Virus record (IMG/VR): IMGVR_UViG_3300022666_000355
Span: 1 to 27,825 of that record
Source: a virus
Taxonomy: Duplodnaviria; Caudoviricetes
DNA: 27,825 nucleotides
Reading direction: 5' to 3' (one strand)
Under the pieces are notes generated by a model. The model had not been told where the DNA came from. It made no database searches and saw nothing but the letters and a program-made list of their open reading frames with translations. The translations under genes were made by a program, and so were the position numbers. Shown here piece by piece: positions 8,059 through 16,056 of the stretch; position 1 is the first letter of the stretch, and each line of letters begins with the position of its first letter.

Positions 8059-8773
8059 ACCTAAATGCCCTATATGCCAGGGAAAGGGCACTTTGACGGA
8101 AAACACGCGGGAGTATGAATTTATCACACGGGATCCGATCACGGCCAAGTGCATGATCTGCAATGGAGAGGGTTGGCTGAACCCCAGCACGAGGCTACCG
8201 AACGGGAAGAGAGTGTTTGAGGTGTTCCGGAAGGATAATGGAACGCAGAAGACGGGATCTACCGGATCAGCAGGATCGAAAGAAGTCATGGATTCCAGCC
8301 TCCGCTGGAATGACAAAAATGGTAAGCGGTTGAACGTGAGCAAGAAGGCGGTGGTGAATCCGGAGACGGTGGATACCGGGGTGGGATATGCGCCAGGCGT
8401 GGACGATATGGACAAAATGGAAGGGATGGACAAGCCCGGGGCGGAGAGACCGAAGGAGCATTATGAGGCGCCGATGTTCCTGGAGATGGCATTGAATCCG
8501 AGGCTGAACAAGGTGCTGGCCAGTGGCAAAGAGTTCCTGATCGTGACCGAGACAGAGCCGTATTACCTGGATGTTTACCGGATGATCCGCAAGCAGGAGA
8601 AGAAGCAAGGCACCTGGACGCAGCAGGATGAGGAGCGGTATGTGGAGGTATTGGAGGAAGGCTATGATTCTTTAATGCTGGATTCCAGCCTGCGCTGGAA
8701 TGACGGGCGGTTGGAACCGAGGCGCAGAGCATCAGAAAGCATTAACACGAATAAGGAGGTTAGCAATGGCTAA
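8045..8773 (+). CDS. Protein with DnaJ-type Zn finger and repeat-derived segments
   Basis: CPICQGKG and CMICNGEG (CxxCxGxG twice); GGAGGT SD; two in-frame DSSLRWND. Confidence 0.75.
   Translation: MPTGRPKCPICQGKGTLTENTREYEFITRDPITAKCMICNGEGWLNPSTRLPNGKRVFEVFRKDNGTQKTGSTGSAGSKEVMDSSLRWNDKNGKRLNVSKKAVVNPETVDTGVGYAPGVDDMDKMEGMDKPGAERPKEHYEAPMFLEMALNPRLNKVLASGKEFLIVTETEPYYLDVYRMIRKQEKKQGTWTQQDEERYVEVLEEGYDSLMLDSSLRWNDGRLEPRRRASESINTNKEVSNG
8288..8314 (+). repeat. Palindromic element copy 3 (intragenic)
   Basis: ATGGATTCCAGCCTCCGCTGGAATGAC, read as MDSSLRWND. Confidence 0.95.
8678..8704 (+). repeat. Palindromic element copy 4 (intragenic)
   Basis: CTGGATTCCAGCCTGCGCTGGAATGAC, read as LDSSLRWND. 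Confidence 0.95.
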
Positions 8774-9377
8774 GACGATAAAGAACGGCAAGACGGTGTA
8801 TTGGATCGATGGCGAGGGAGTAGAGACTCCGGAGAAGTACATCGATAAGAGCCTGAAAGATCGGGATGCATTTGTGAGCAAGCAAGTGGCGAAGGCGCGG
8901 CAGATGCATATGCTGATCAGCAACTTCAAGAAGCAGATGGAAGCTGACCTGGCGAGGTTCCTGGAGATGAGCGCGCAGCGGGAAGGCGAGGAATGGATTG
9001 GCGGGACAACGCTGTGGAACTTCAGCATGGATGAGAGCATCACGATCAAGGTGGCCAAGAAGTGGACCTTTGACGAGAAGCTGCAGATCGCCAAGCAGAA
9101 GATTGACCGGGTAATCGCTAACCGCAGTGAAGGCAGTGATGACCTGATCGTAGCGCTGGTGAACCGGGCTTTCAAGGTGGACAGCAAGGGCGAAGTGGAC
9201 GCCAAGCAGATGATCGGACTGAGGCAGCTGAAGGTGGATGATGAGCTGTGGAATGAGGCGATGGAGCTGATCGCGGACAGCCAGAAGGTGCAGAGCACGA
9301 AGACCTACTTTTACTTCCAAGAGGCTGGGGCTGACGGGAAGATGGTGAGCATCGTGCTGGACTTTGCGGCGCTGTAA
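8766..9377 (+). CDS. DUF3164 family protein of Mu-like phages
   Basis: FDEKLQIAKQKID, LVNRAFKVDSKG, WNEAMELIADS and terminal IVLDFAAL; AGGAGG SD before ATG 8766. Confidence 0.85.
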   Translation: MAKTIKNGKTVYWIDGEGVETPEKYIDKSLKDRDAFVSKQVAKARQMHMLISNFKKQMEADLARFLEMSAQREGEEWIGGTTLWNFSMDESITIKVAKKWTFDEKLQIAKQKIDRVIANRSEGSDDLIVALVNRAFKVDSKGEVDAKQMIGLRQLKVDDELWNEAMELIADSQKVQSTKTYFYFQEAGADGKMVSIVLDFAAL

Positions 9378-9380
9378 AAA

Positions 9381-9412
9381 AGTGATGAGGTGATGGAGTG
9401 ATGAAGTGATGG
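9381..9412 (+). repeat. 8-bp tandem repeat RGTGATGR x4 forming the intergenic spacer, SD and start codon
   Basis: AGTGATGA GGTGATGG AGTGATGA AGTGATGG. Confidence 0.85.
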
Positions 9413-10176
9413 AGATAAAAGAGCTGTGGCAGATGGCAAAAGAACTGGTGGGTGAGGAGGAACTCACCCGCCGGTTCCGGGCGTGGATCGGGACATTGAT
9501 CCGCAATGCGCGATTAAAGCGCGAGAAATGCGATTCTACGGCACTGGAGGCTCAGGATACCCTTATCATACTAACTGACCTGAATGAGCGCACCAAGAGC
9601 CGTTTTCAGGCGACTGACAAGGCAACGCATTTGATAGTCACTTTGCTGAAGAAGGGATACTGTGTGGATGACTTCAGAAAAGTGCATGAGGTGAAATGCG
9701 GGCAGTGGCAGGGGAATGATAAGATGGAGCACTGCCTGAGACCGAGTACCTTGTATGCGCCGAGCCATTTTGATGAGTACCTGGCAGAGTGGTGGAAGCA
9801 GGACAGGGAGCGGAAGGAACTGCAGCAGAAGCGGCAACAGGCGCTGGATTCCCGCCTTCGCGGGAATGACAAAGAGGGGCGCGGGAATGACAAGGAGGGG
9901 ACAGTGAATGGAGTGCAGCGGGCGGAGCGGGATGCGAAGGTGAAGGAACTGAACGCAAAGAAGTGGAATGAGCATGCGAGCTGGCTGGACTTTATGCGGT
10001 GGACGATCCAGTTTCCGGACGCGGAGAGCCTGGAGGCGTATCCGATGCCGGAGCGGGTGCGGAAGATGCGCAAGGCACCGGGGATGATGATGCAGATTGC
10101 CACGGGCAAGGTGGCGGAATGGGCAGAGGTGGAATACAGAGAATTGAAGCAGGAGGCGGAGCATGGTAAGAACTGA
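9409..10176 (+). CDS. Protein with conserved phage C-terminal (Phg_2220_C-like) domain
   Basis: LNERTKSRF..LLKKGY.VDDFRKV..KC.QW..LRPSTLY..FDEYL. Confidence 0.8.
   Translation: MEIKELWQMAKELVGEEELTRRFRAWIGTLIRNARLKREKCDSTALEAQDTLIILTDLNERTKSRFQATDKATHLIVTLLKKGYCVDDFRKVHEVKCGQWQGNDKMEHCLRPSTLYAPSHFDEYLAEWWKQDRERKELQQKRQQALDSRLRGNDKEGRGNDKEGTVNGVQRAERDAKVKELNAKKWNEHASWLDFMRWTIQFPDAESLEAYPMPERVRKMRKAPGMMMQIATGKVAEWAEVEYRELKQEAEHGKN
9844..9891 (+). repeat. Palindromic element copy 5 (intragenic, covaried stem) plus half-site
   Basis: CTGGATTCCCGCCTTCGCGGGAATGAC (9844-9870) then CGCGGGAATGAC (9880-9891); read as LDSRLRGND..RGND. Confidence 0.95.
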
Positions 10177-10366
10177 CAGGTACTACAGGCCGGATGAGGT
10201 GGCGGAGCTGCTGAGCGTGGACAAGGGTACTGTGTATCGGATGATCAAAGACATAGAAGATCCTCTCCCGGCAATAAGGCTGACCGGAGACCGACATTTG
10301 AGAATTCCAGGGCAAGAGCTGAGTGATTGGCTGGAGCGGAGGCGGGTGAATCCGGAGGATATATGA
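10163..10366 (+). CDS. HTH_17/excisionase-like DNA-binding protein (candidate late activator)
   Basis: YRPDEVAELLSVDKGTVYRMI..LPAIR..LRIP; last gene before the terminator; AGGAGG SD. Confidence 0.85.
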   Translation: MVRTDRYYRPDEVAELLSVDKGTVYRMIKDIEDPLPAIRLTGDRHLRIPGQELSDWLERRRVNPEDI

Positions 10367-10394
10367 TGGACTGAATGGACGAAATGGACAGGAT

Positions 10395-10421
10395 AAAGCC
10401 CGGCTGATGCCGGGTTTTTTT
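10395..10421 (+). terminator. Intrinsic terminator ending the early/middle operon
   Basis: AAAG-CCCGGC-TGAT-GCCGGG-TTTTTTT. Confidence 0.9.
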
Positions 10422-10424
10422 GTA

Positions 10425-10539
10425 ACTCCTGCCTACTCCTGCCTACTTGTGCCACAGTATTTTTGACAAAACGCAGAAAGTGTGGCGTAAGCAGGCAGGT
10501 GCGTTTGACAGGGTAAGGGTATGTGGCACATTGACGCGC
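10425..10539 (+). promoter_or_regulatory. Putative late promoter/operator region
   Basis: TTGACA at 10463 and 10505, each followed by TGTGGC; inverted repeat TGTGCCACA (10448-10456)/TGTGGCACA (10522-10530); ACTCCTGCCT x2. Confidence 0.55.
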
Positions 10540-10989
10540 ATGAGTAACAGCAAAGCTTTTAGAGAAAAAAAAGAGATGGCGTTTGAGGCTTTTATCAGCG
10601 GCAAGACGAGTCCGAAGGAATTGGCGGAATTGGTGGGCTGCAGTCCGGTGACGATTGGGAAATGGATAGCTGCCGGGAAGTGGGACAAGATCGAGGGTGA
10701 AGAGCGGAAGCTGAACCGGAAGATCACGGTGGCAAGGCGGAAGGCGCTGCTGACGGCATTGGAAGAATATGCCAAGGATCCCAAGAATACTGCCTTGCAA
10801 TCCTTGGTGAGCATACTGCGGCAGGAGATGAAGCGTGAGGAGCCTGCCAAAGAGCTTTGTGACTACATAGTGAAGTTTTTGGATCAGGTGACAGACTTTA
10901 TGATTGAGAAGGGATATGAGGGGATGCTGAAGCAGTTTCAAGCTATTGTGATGGATCTGGCTGAGTATTTGAGAGTGAGGAACGGATGA
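10540..10989 (+). CDS. Putative terminase small subunit (N-terminal HTH)
   Basis: AFEAFISG..PKELAELVGCSPVTIGKWIAAGKWD HTH; first late gene; ATG 10540 preferred over TTG 10447. Confidence 0.65.
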   Translation: MSNSKAFREKKEMAFEAFISGKTSPKELAELVGCSPVTIGKWIAAGKWDKIEGEERKLNRKITVARRKALLTALEEYAKDPKNTALQSLVSILRQEMKREEPAKELCDYIVKFLDQVTDFMIEKGYEGMLKQFQAIVMDLAEYLRVRNG

Positions 10990-11023
10990 GAGATTTTATA
11001 CAGATCCCGACATGTACCTCCGA

Positions 11024-11145
11024 ACGTCCCGGTGGCGATTCCCTTGCCACCGGGCGTATTATCAAGCGTCAAGATGGCGTTTTCACTTTTCCCTACCGGC
11101 CCTCTCAAAGCCCCGCACGGGTGACCTGCGGGGCTGCCCTTTTGA
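11024..11145 (+). other. Two strong hairpins, candidate structured RNA or regulatory element
   Basis: CCCGGTGGC/GCCACCGGG (11028-11054) and AGCCCCGCA-C-GG-GTGA-CC-TGCGGGGCT (11109-11135). Confidence 0.55.
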
Positions 11146-11193
11146 AAGAGAAGCTGATTGGACGAAATGGACATTATGGACGGGATGGACTGA

Positions 11194-11499
11194 ATGGAAG
11201 ATAGGCTGGTGCAAGTTCTTTTTGCTCTGTTTGGGCTGTATGCCGGAGTGATGAGCTGGCTTTTCAAGATGGCATGGAATGACGTGCAGCGGCTGAAGCA
11301 GGAGCTGAGCGAGATGCGCGCGAACTGCGCGAAGTGCCAAAGCGGGACGCTGGAGAGCATCCGGGAGCTGATTGACGAGCGTTTTGACAAGTTTATGATC
11401 ACTGTGGAGCAGAAGATCGAGCAGGGCTTCACTAAGATCGAGCTGAGCTGGGTGAATGATGGGCGGATCAGTCCCAAGAAGCAAAAGAAGGACCAATGA
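11194..11499 (+). CDS. Membrane-anchored coiled-coil protein
   Basis: N-terminal TM segment, coiled coil, CAKC; ATGA overlap with next gene. Confidence 0.75.
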   Translation: MEDRLVQVLFALFGLYAGVMSWLFKMAWNDVQRLKQELSEMRANCAKCQSGTLESIRELIDERFDKFMITVEQKIEQGFTKIELSWVNDGRISPKKQKKDQ

Positions 11500-11795
11500 A
11501 AGCTAAGACAATCCAGGCATTTGCAGGGGACAGTATATTGCTGCAGGTAGCGGTTTATGATGACCGGAGCCAGGTATTTGACCTGGAGGTGAATAAAATC
11601 CAGACGGCGCGGTTTGAGGTTCCTGCCTTGAGCATAGCCGTGGATGGTAAGATGAGTGGGAACGTGGCCAGCTTTACGGTTGAATCGGACAAAACCACGG
11701 CTGGCAGCTATCCCTACTATGTGCTTTTGATCGGGGATCAGCTGAAGTTTACCGTGGCATATGGCGTGCTGCAGGTGATGAGCCTGGCGGAATGA
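11496..11795 (+). CDS. Hypothetical beta-rich protein (BppU N-terminal-like)
   Basis: GDSILLQVAVYD..DL, AGSYPYYV, TVAYGVLQV pattern; coupled overlaps. Confidence 0.6.
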   Translation: MKAKTIQAFAGDSILLQVAVYDDRSQVFDLEVNKIQTARFEVPALSIAVDGKMSGNVASFTVESDKTTAGSYPYYVLLIGDQLKFTVAYGVLQVMSLAE

Positions 11796-12052
11796 GCATG
11801 ATAGGAATTCGCGGAGAAGCGGGGCTGAAGATGAATGTAAGCGCAGGTATATACTTGCGTGGCATAGCACTGAATGCGAGGCAGACAATAGCGCAGAGCA
11901 GCGGGCTGGATATCAGGGTAGCCCAGGAGAGCGGGTATATCATCGCGGACGCGAGCGGCGTGGTGGGATTTAATCCGCTGAATCCGGGGCAGAGAGATCC
12001 CGGTGCCAGGCTGGTGCGGGATGCGGACGGAAGAATAGGAGACGAACAATGA
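11792..12052 (+). CDS. Hypothetical protein, 86 aa
   Basis: ATGA overlaps at both ends. Confidence 0.7.
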   Translation: MSMIGIRGEAGLKMNVSAGIYLRGIALNARQTIAQSSGLDIRVAQESGYIIADASGVVGFNPLNPGQRDPGARLVRDADGRIGDEQ

Positions 12053-12978
12053 AGAGACTTTTAATCATATCAATCATGATCACGATGCTGTTTATGACGG
12101 CAATACAGGCACAAACTTACTACAATCTGCGCTATAGCTGGGAACAGATCGATGATGCGATAGCTGCGGTGCGGGATACCTTCCCGGGGCTAATTGCGAG
12201 TAAGCTGGACAATGAGGTGAGCCACTTGGAGCTTCCGGAGAATCCTGGGGTGCCGATCCTGGTGAATCTATCCGTGTGGGGCTCTCCCCTGGACACTGAA
12301 CATGGCTATATATTTGCCATAGACAGCGTGAGCGTGATCCGCGTGGCGGCACACACTACTGATGGAGATGATACAGACAGCTACAGCGTAACGATAGGCG
12401 CAAGCGAACCAGATCCCGACTATACGCTAACGGTGGCGGGGCCTGCGATAGCCAGCCGTTGGGACGTAGCAGGAGCGGACTTTGCGGAGTACTTTGAAGC
12501 TGGAGAAGAGCTGGGGCTGGGCGTAGCGGTGGTGTTTGACGAGTATGGCCGGGTGCGGGCTGCCAAGGACGGAGAGAAACCATTTGGCATAGTATCAGCC
12601 GGAGCCGGCTTTATCGGGAACTCAGGAAGGCCAGCGCTGCCTATACAGACAACTGCTTTGGGCGATACGATTTATCAAGAAGTGCAATACGTACAGGTGA
12701 CACGAGAGGCGCGGTTTCCAATGATGAAAAGCATTACAAGTTGGGTTCCTGCAGAGAGATTAACTGAGATACCCAAGGACGCGGTGACTGAGATTAGGCG
12801 CGAGCCAATCGCCAATCCTGACTATGGCAAAGCGTACATCCCTCATCGTAAGAACCCGGCGATGGTATTGGTGGGTTTGGTGGGTCAACTGCCACTGAAG
12901 AAAGGGCAGGTGACTCATCCCAATTGGTTCAAGATCAAAGATTTTGACAAGGACACAGAGCTATGGCTCGTAAAATAA
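12049..12978 (+). CDS. Signal-peptide protein with Peptidase_G2-like intramolecular chaperone domain
   Basis: MKRLLIISIMITMLFMTAIQA signal-like N-terminus; GADFAEYFE, FGIVS..AGFIGN, LVGLVGQLPLKKGQ motifs. Confidence 0.8.
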   Translation: MKRLLIISIMITMLFMTAIQAQTYYNLRYSWEQIDDAIAAVRDTFPGLIASKLDNEVSHLELPENPGVPILVNLSVWGSPLDTEHGYIFAIDSVSVIRVAAHTTDGDDTDSYSVTIGASEPDPDYTLTVAGPAIASRWDVAGADFAEYFEAGEELGLGVAVVFDEYGRVRAAKDGEKPFGIVSAGAGFIGNSGRPALPIQTTALGDTIYQEVQYVQVTREARFPMMKSITSWVPAERLTEIPKDAVTEIRREPIANPDYGKAYIPHRKNPAMVLVGLVGQLPLKKGQVTHPNWFKIKDFDKDTELWLVK

Positions 12979-13496
12979 TCCTCGCTGCGTTCCTGCTGGT
13001 GGTGGCAATCCTGCCATCCGCTATTTTGCTGGTCAAGCCGGAGAGTCCTGGAGCGCTGCCTTTGCGTATGCCGGGTGGTGGAATGCCTGTAAGACCTCCC
13101 TTCCCCGCACCGAAGAACGTGAGCATCGCACTGATCCCTGACCAGTATAGTCCGGATTCGATCCGGGTGAGCTGGGATCCCGTTCCGGGAGCGAGGGAAT
13201 ACCGGGTGTATACTGCGGTGGCAGTGAGAGACAGCAGCGTATATGTGCCATTCTGTGAGCCAGTACTGGATCAGAGTGGCAACATGATCTGGCAGTACAA
13301 ATACAGTTTTCATCCTACTTATGGAGATCCGTACACTATCAACTACAATACGGGAGCCGGCTATTTACCGGAGATGTGGGGCAAGCTGGTGACAGGTGGA
13401 TGGACGCAGGACAGCGGGACATTGAATGGCACTTCCTGGACGAGGGAATATGAGGGCGAGCGGGACAGATTTTTCTATGTGGTGGCGGTGAGATAG
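12963..13496 (+). CDS. Secreted or membrane-anchored FN3-like protein
   Basis: Hydrophobic N-terminus, Pro-rich linker, PAPKNVSI..IRVSWDPVPGAREYRVY..FFYVVAVR. Confidence 0.7.
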   Translation: MARKIILAAFLLVVAILPSAILLVKPESPGALPLRMPGGGMPVRPPFPAPKNVSIALIPDQYSPDSIRVSWDPVPGAREYRVYTAVAVRDSSVYVPFCEPVLDQSGNMIWQYKYSFHPTYGDPYTINYNTGAGYLPEMWGKLVTGGWTQDSGTLNGTSWTREYEGERDRFFYVVAVR

Positions 13497-15047
13497 ATGG
13501 CTAAATTTATCCAGCGGCAGCAAAAGGAACTACGCGAGATAGCGGCAAAGACGCCGCAGGTGCGTCCTTTTGCCAACGACACGCCGCGGGATAAAGAGGA
13601 GCGGATCAGGCGGGCCAGTGGAGAGGGTTGGGATAGTTTTCAGTATTTTTGCAAGACCTATTTTCCGCATGTGTTTACGAAGGAATTTGCGGAGCAGCAC
13701 CGGGAGATGTTTGAGGAGACCGAGGCTGCCAGCGGGGTGATCGGGATCACGGGATTCCGCGGCCTGGGCAAGACAGTGCTAATGGGTGTGGTATACCCGC
13801 TGTGGCAGATCGTGAAAGGCTGCCAGTATGTGATCCATACGGCGGCTGATACGGACCTGGCAATGGAGCGGACGGCATTCACCCTGAACGAGCTGAAGGA
13901 GAACAGACGGCTGCTGATGGACTTCCCGGAGCTGCAGGTGATCGAGGGTGAGAAAGAGAATTTTTATCTGAAGAACAGGTGCCGGATCAGAGCACGTTCA
14001 ATCAAGCAGAGCCACCGCGGGACGTTTAACGACAAGAACATGAAGCGTCCGGGGATAATCGTTTGTGACGATATCGACAAGGAAGAGAACGTTGGCAGCC
14101 AGACGATTGGCAAGCGGAAGATGGACAAGATAACGCAGGAACTGGCGGGGGCTTTGGACCCCAGTGAGCCGGGCAAGGTGATCTGGCTGGGGAACCTGGT
14201 GCATCCGAACTATGCGATCTGCCAGTATATGGAGCTGATAATAGGCGAAATACGAGCCGATAATCCTGAACTTGAGCTTGGATACCAAAAAGTGATTAAG
14301 ACGTCACAGCGGGCACTTTTGCGCTATTCTTTGGAAGATGCTGAGGGTAAGAGCACCTGGCCGGAGCAATATCCGGATGAGATCTTGCCGGAGCTGAAGA
14401 AGCGGTATGGGCATAGCGGGTATCAGAGAGAGATGCTGGGGCAGCCGGTGATCGAAGGGAACATATTCAAAAATGATTGGTTTAAGCGGTACAAGGCTCT
14501 TCCGGAAGCCAGCAAGATGAAGCGTGTCTGGCTATACGCTGATCCTGCCTGGGGAGAGAAGGGCTGTTATAAAGCCATCATCTCCGTTGGATATGATGGC
14601 AGCCGCTTTTTCGTGATCAACGTGTGGGTACGGCAGACGGAGAATACTAAGTTCTTCAGATACTACTACGATGCCTATCAGGAGCTTGACCGGGCGTACC
14701 GGGTGAAGCTGCGGGCAGCTTGTGAAACGACTTATGGGCAGGCGCGAATCCTGGCAGACTTCGACAGATGGGCTACTGATAACCACTTGCCTCCGATCAG
14801 TCACAGAATCAAGCGTATCGATAACAAAGAGAATAAGAGCCTTCGCATCGAGCGGACGGAGACGATCATCGAGACGGCTAAGGTTCTGTTTCCGGAGGGG
14901 CAGGATATGCCTACTTTGGTGAGTCAGTTCCTCACTTATCCGGATGGGTATGTGGATGGCCCTGACGCGCTGGCAGGGTGTATGGAGCGGTTCTCTGAAT
15001 ATGACATTGGGCGTAACCGGGTGAAGGTGCGGAGGATGAGCTGGTGA
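13497..15047 (+). CDS. terL: Terminase large subunit
   Basis: YFPH, Walker A FRGLGKT, Walker B IVCDD, nuclease YADPAWG and DGPDALA. Confidence 0.92.
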   Translation: MAKFIQRQQKELREIAAKTPQVRPFANDTPRDKEERIRRASGEGWDSFQYFCKTYFPHVFTKEFAEQHREMFEETEAASGVIGITGFRGLGKTVLMGVVYPLWQIVKGCQYVIHTAADTDLAMERTAFTLNELKENRRLLMDFPELQVIEGEKENFYLKNRCRIRARSIKQSHRGTFNDKNMKRPGIIVCDDIDKEENVGSQTIGKRKMDKITQELAGALDPSEPGKVIWLGNLVHPNYAICQYMELIIGEIRADNPELELGYQKVIKTSQRALLRYSLEDAEGKSTWPEQYPDEILPELKKRYGHSGYQREMLGQPVIEGNIFKNDWFKRYKALPEASKMKRVWLYADPAWGEKGCYKAIISVGYDGSRFFVINVWVRQTENTKFFRYYYDAYQELDRAYRVKLRAACETTYGQARILADFDRWATDNHLPPISHRIKRIDNKENKSLRIERTETIIETAKVLFPEGQDMPTLVSQFLTYPDGYVDGPDALAGCMERFSEYDIGRNRVKVRRMSW

Positions 15048-15922
15048 GCTATTTTGACCGGATGATGCTGGAGTATTACCAGGTGCTGAACAATGCCTGG
15101 AGAAAAGAGATCAAAGAGGCAGCCAGGACAGCGATCGGGCTCTTGAGCGAGATGCCGAAAGCTGAGCGGGTGGATAGATCCAAGGTGGACATGCTGCTGG
15201 AGGTGATCAACCAGAATTTGGGAGATGACTTTATGATGGCAGTGAGCACTGAGACCAAGGCATACGTGGAGCGGAGTTTACGCTTGGGCATCCAGGACGT
15301 GAAAACGAGCGCGAAAGTCAGGATCAGCATCGGGCTGTGGGGAATCAAGGACCAGGCTTTAGCGAGCCAGGTGCAAAAGCAGAATCTATTTTGGATTGGG
15401 CAGCACTTTGGTGCGGATATCAGTAATGACTTCCGGGAGACGATGACCAAAGCGATAGAACATGGCTACACCAAAGAGATGCTGGCAGACGCATTGAAAG
15501 AAAGCTTTAGCGATTTGGGCGATAAGGGAAGCGTTTACTGGCAGGGCTTGGCAGAGCACACAGCGCTAAGGATACGCGAGTTTGGACGGCTGTCCGGATA
15601 CGAAAAAGCCGGGGCGCAAGGCTACAGATTGGTGAATCCGATGGACTCCAGGACGAGTGAGATCTGCTACGCGCTGGTGAGCCAGAACCTGGTGTATCCG
15701 CTGGACGTGGCTTTGGAAGTGCGAGACAATCTGATGGCCATCGATGTGAACGTAGAGGGGTTGGAAGAAGCGAGAGAGCAGATAAAAGCGCTGGCACCTT
15801 GGGTAAAAGAGAGTCAGATCGAGCGTGATAGCGATGGCAATCCGACGGGAGTGAGCGGGGCGCATACGCCGTTTCCGCCGTTTCACTGGAAGTGCCGGAC
15901 GCAGACGGAGATAGTGGTCTAA
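15044..15922 (+). CDS. Head morphogenesis protein (SPP1 gp7/MuF family)
   Basis: DSRTSEIC and terminal PPFHWKCRT motifs; GTGA overlap. Confidence 0.9.
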   Translation: MSYFDRMMLEYYQVLNNAWRKEIKEAARTAIGLLSEMPKAERVDRSKVDMLLEVINQNLGDDFMMAVSTETKAYVERSLRLGIQDVKTSAKVRISIGLWGIKDQALASQVQKQNLFWIGQHFGADISNDFRETMTKAIEHGYTKEMLADALKESFSDLGDKGSVYWQGLAEHTALRIREFGRLSGYEKAGAQGYRLVNPMDSRTSEICYALVSQNLVYPLDVALEVRDNLMAIDVNVEGLEEAREQIKALAPWVKESQIERDSDGNPTGVSGAHTPFPPFHWKCRTQTEIVV

Positions 15923-15924
15923 TG

Positions 15925-16041
15925 ATGAACGGATTAGTAATTAGCAGATTAGCAGATGATGTGGTTAATGAGTTAATGGTTAATGGGTTAATGGGACTGG
16001 ATTCCAGCTTTCGCTGGAATGACAAAAAGCGCTGGAATGAC
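15925..16041 (+). repeat. Composite intergenic repeat: GATTAG array, GTTAAT array, palindrome copy 6 (15997-16023) and half-site
   Basis: Read directly; 100-bp ungapped match to 21831-21930. Confidence 0.95.
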
Positions 16042-16056
16042 GGGAGAGGAGCATAG

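Noticed and set aside
10163-10366. Excisionase implying integrase-type integration
   Set aside because: No tyrosine or serine integrase in the window; MuA/MuB-like genes explain integration, and HTH_17 proteins are often regulators.
10448-10530. TGT...ACA inverted repeat as Mu ends or a MITE
   Set aside because: Only 9 bp, mid-genome, no target duplication or repeated transposase-binding sites seen; better explained as an operator.
10986-11204. 72-aa ORF coupled to terS
   Set aside because: Not called as CDS: it crosses strong hairpins and a repeat array and has atypical composition; kept only as a possible leader peptide.
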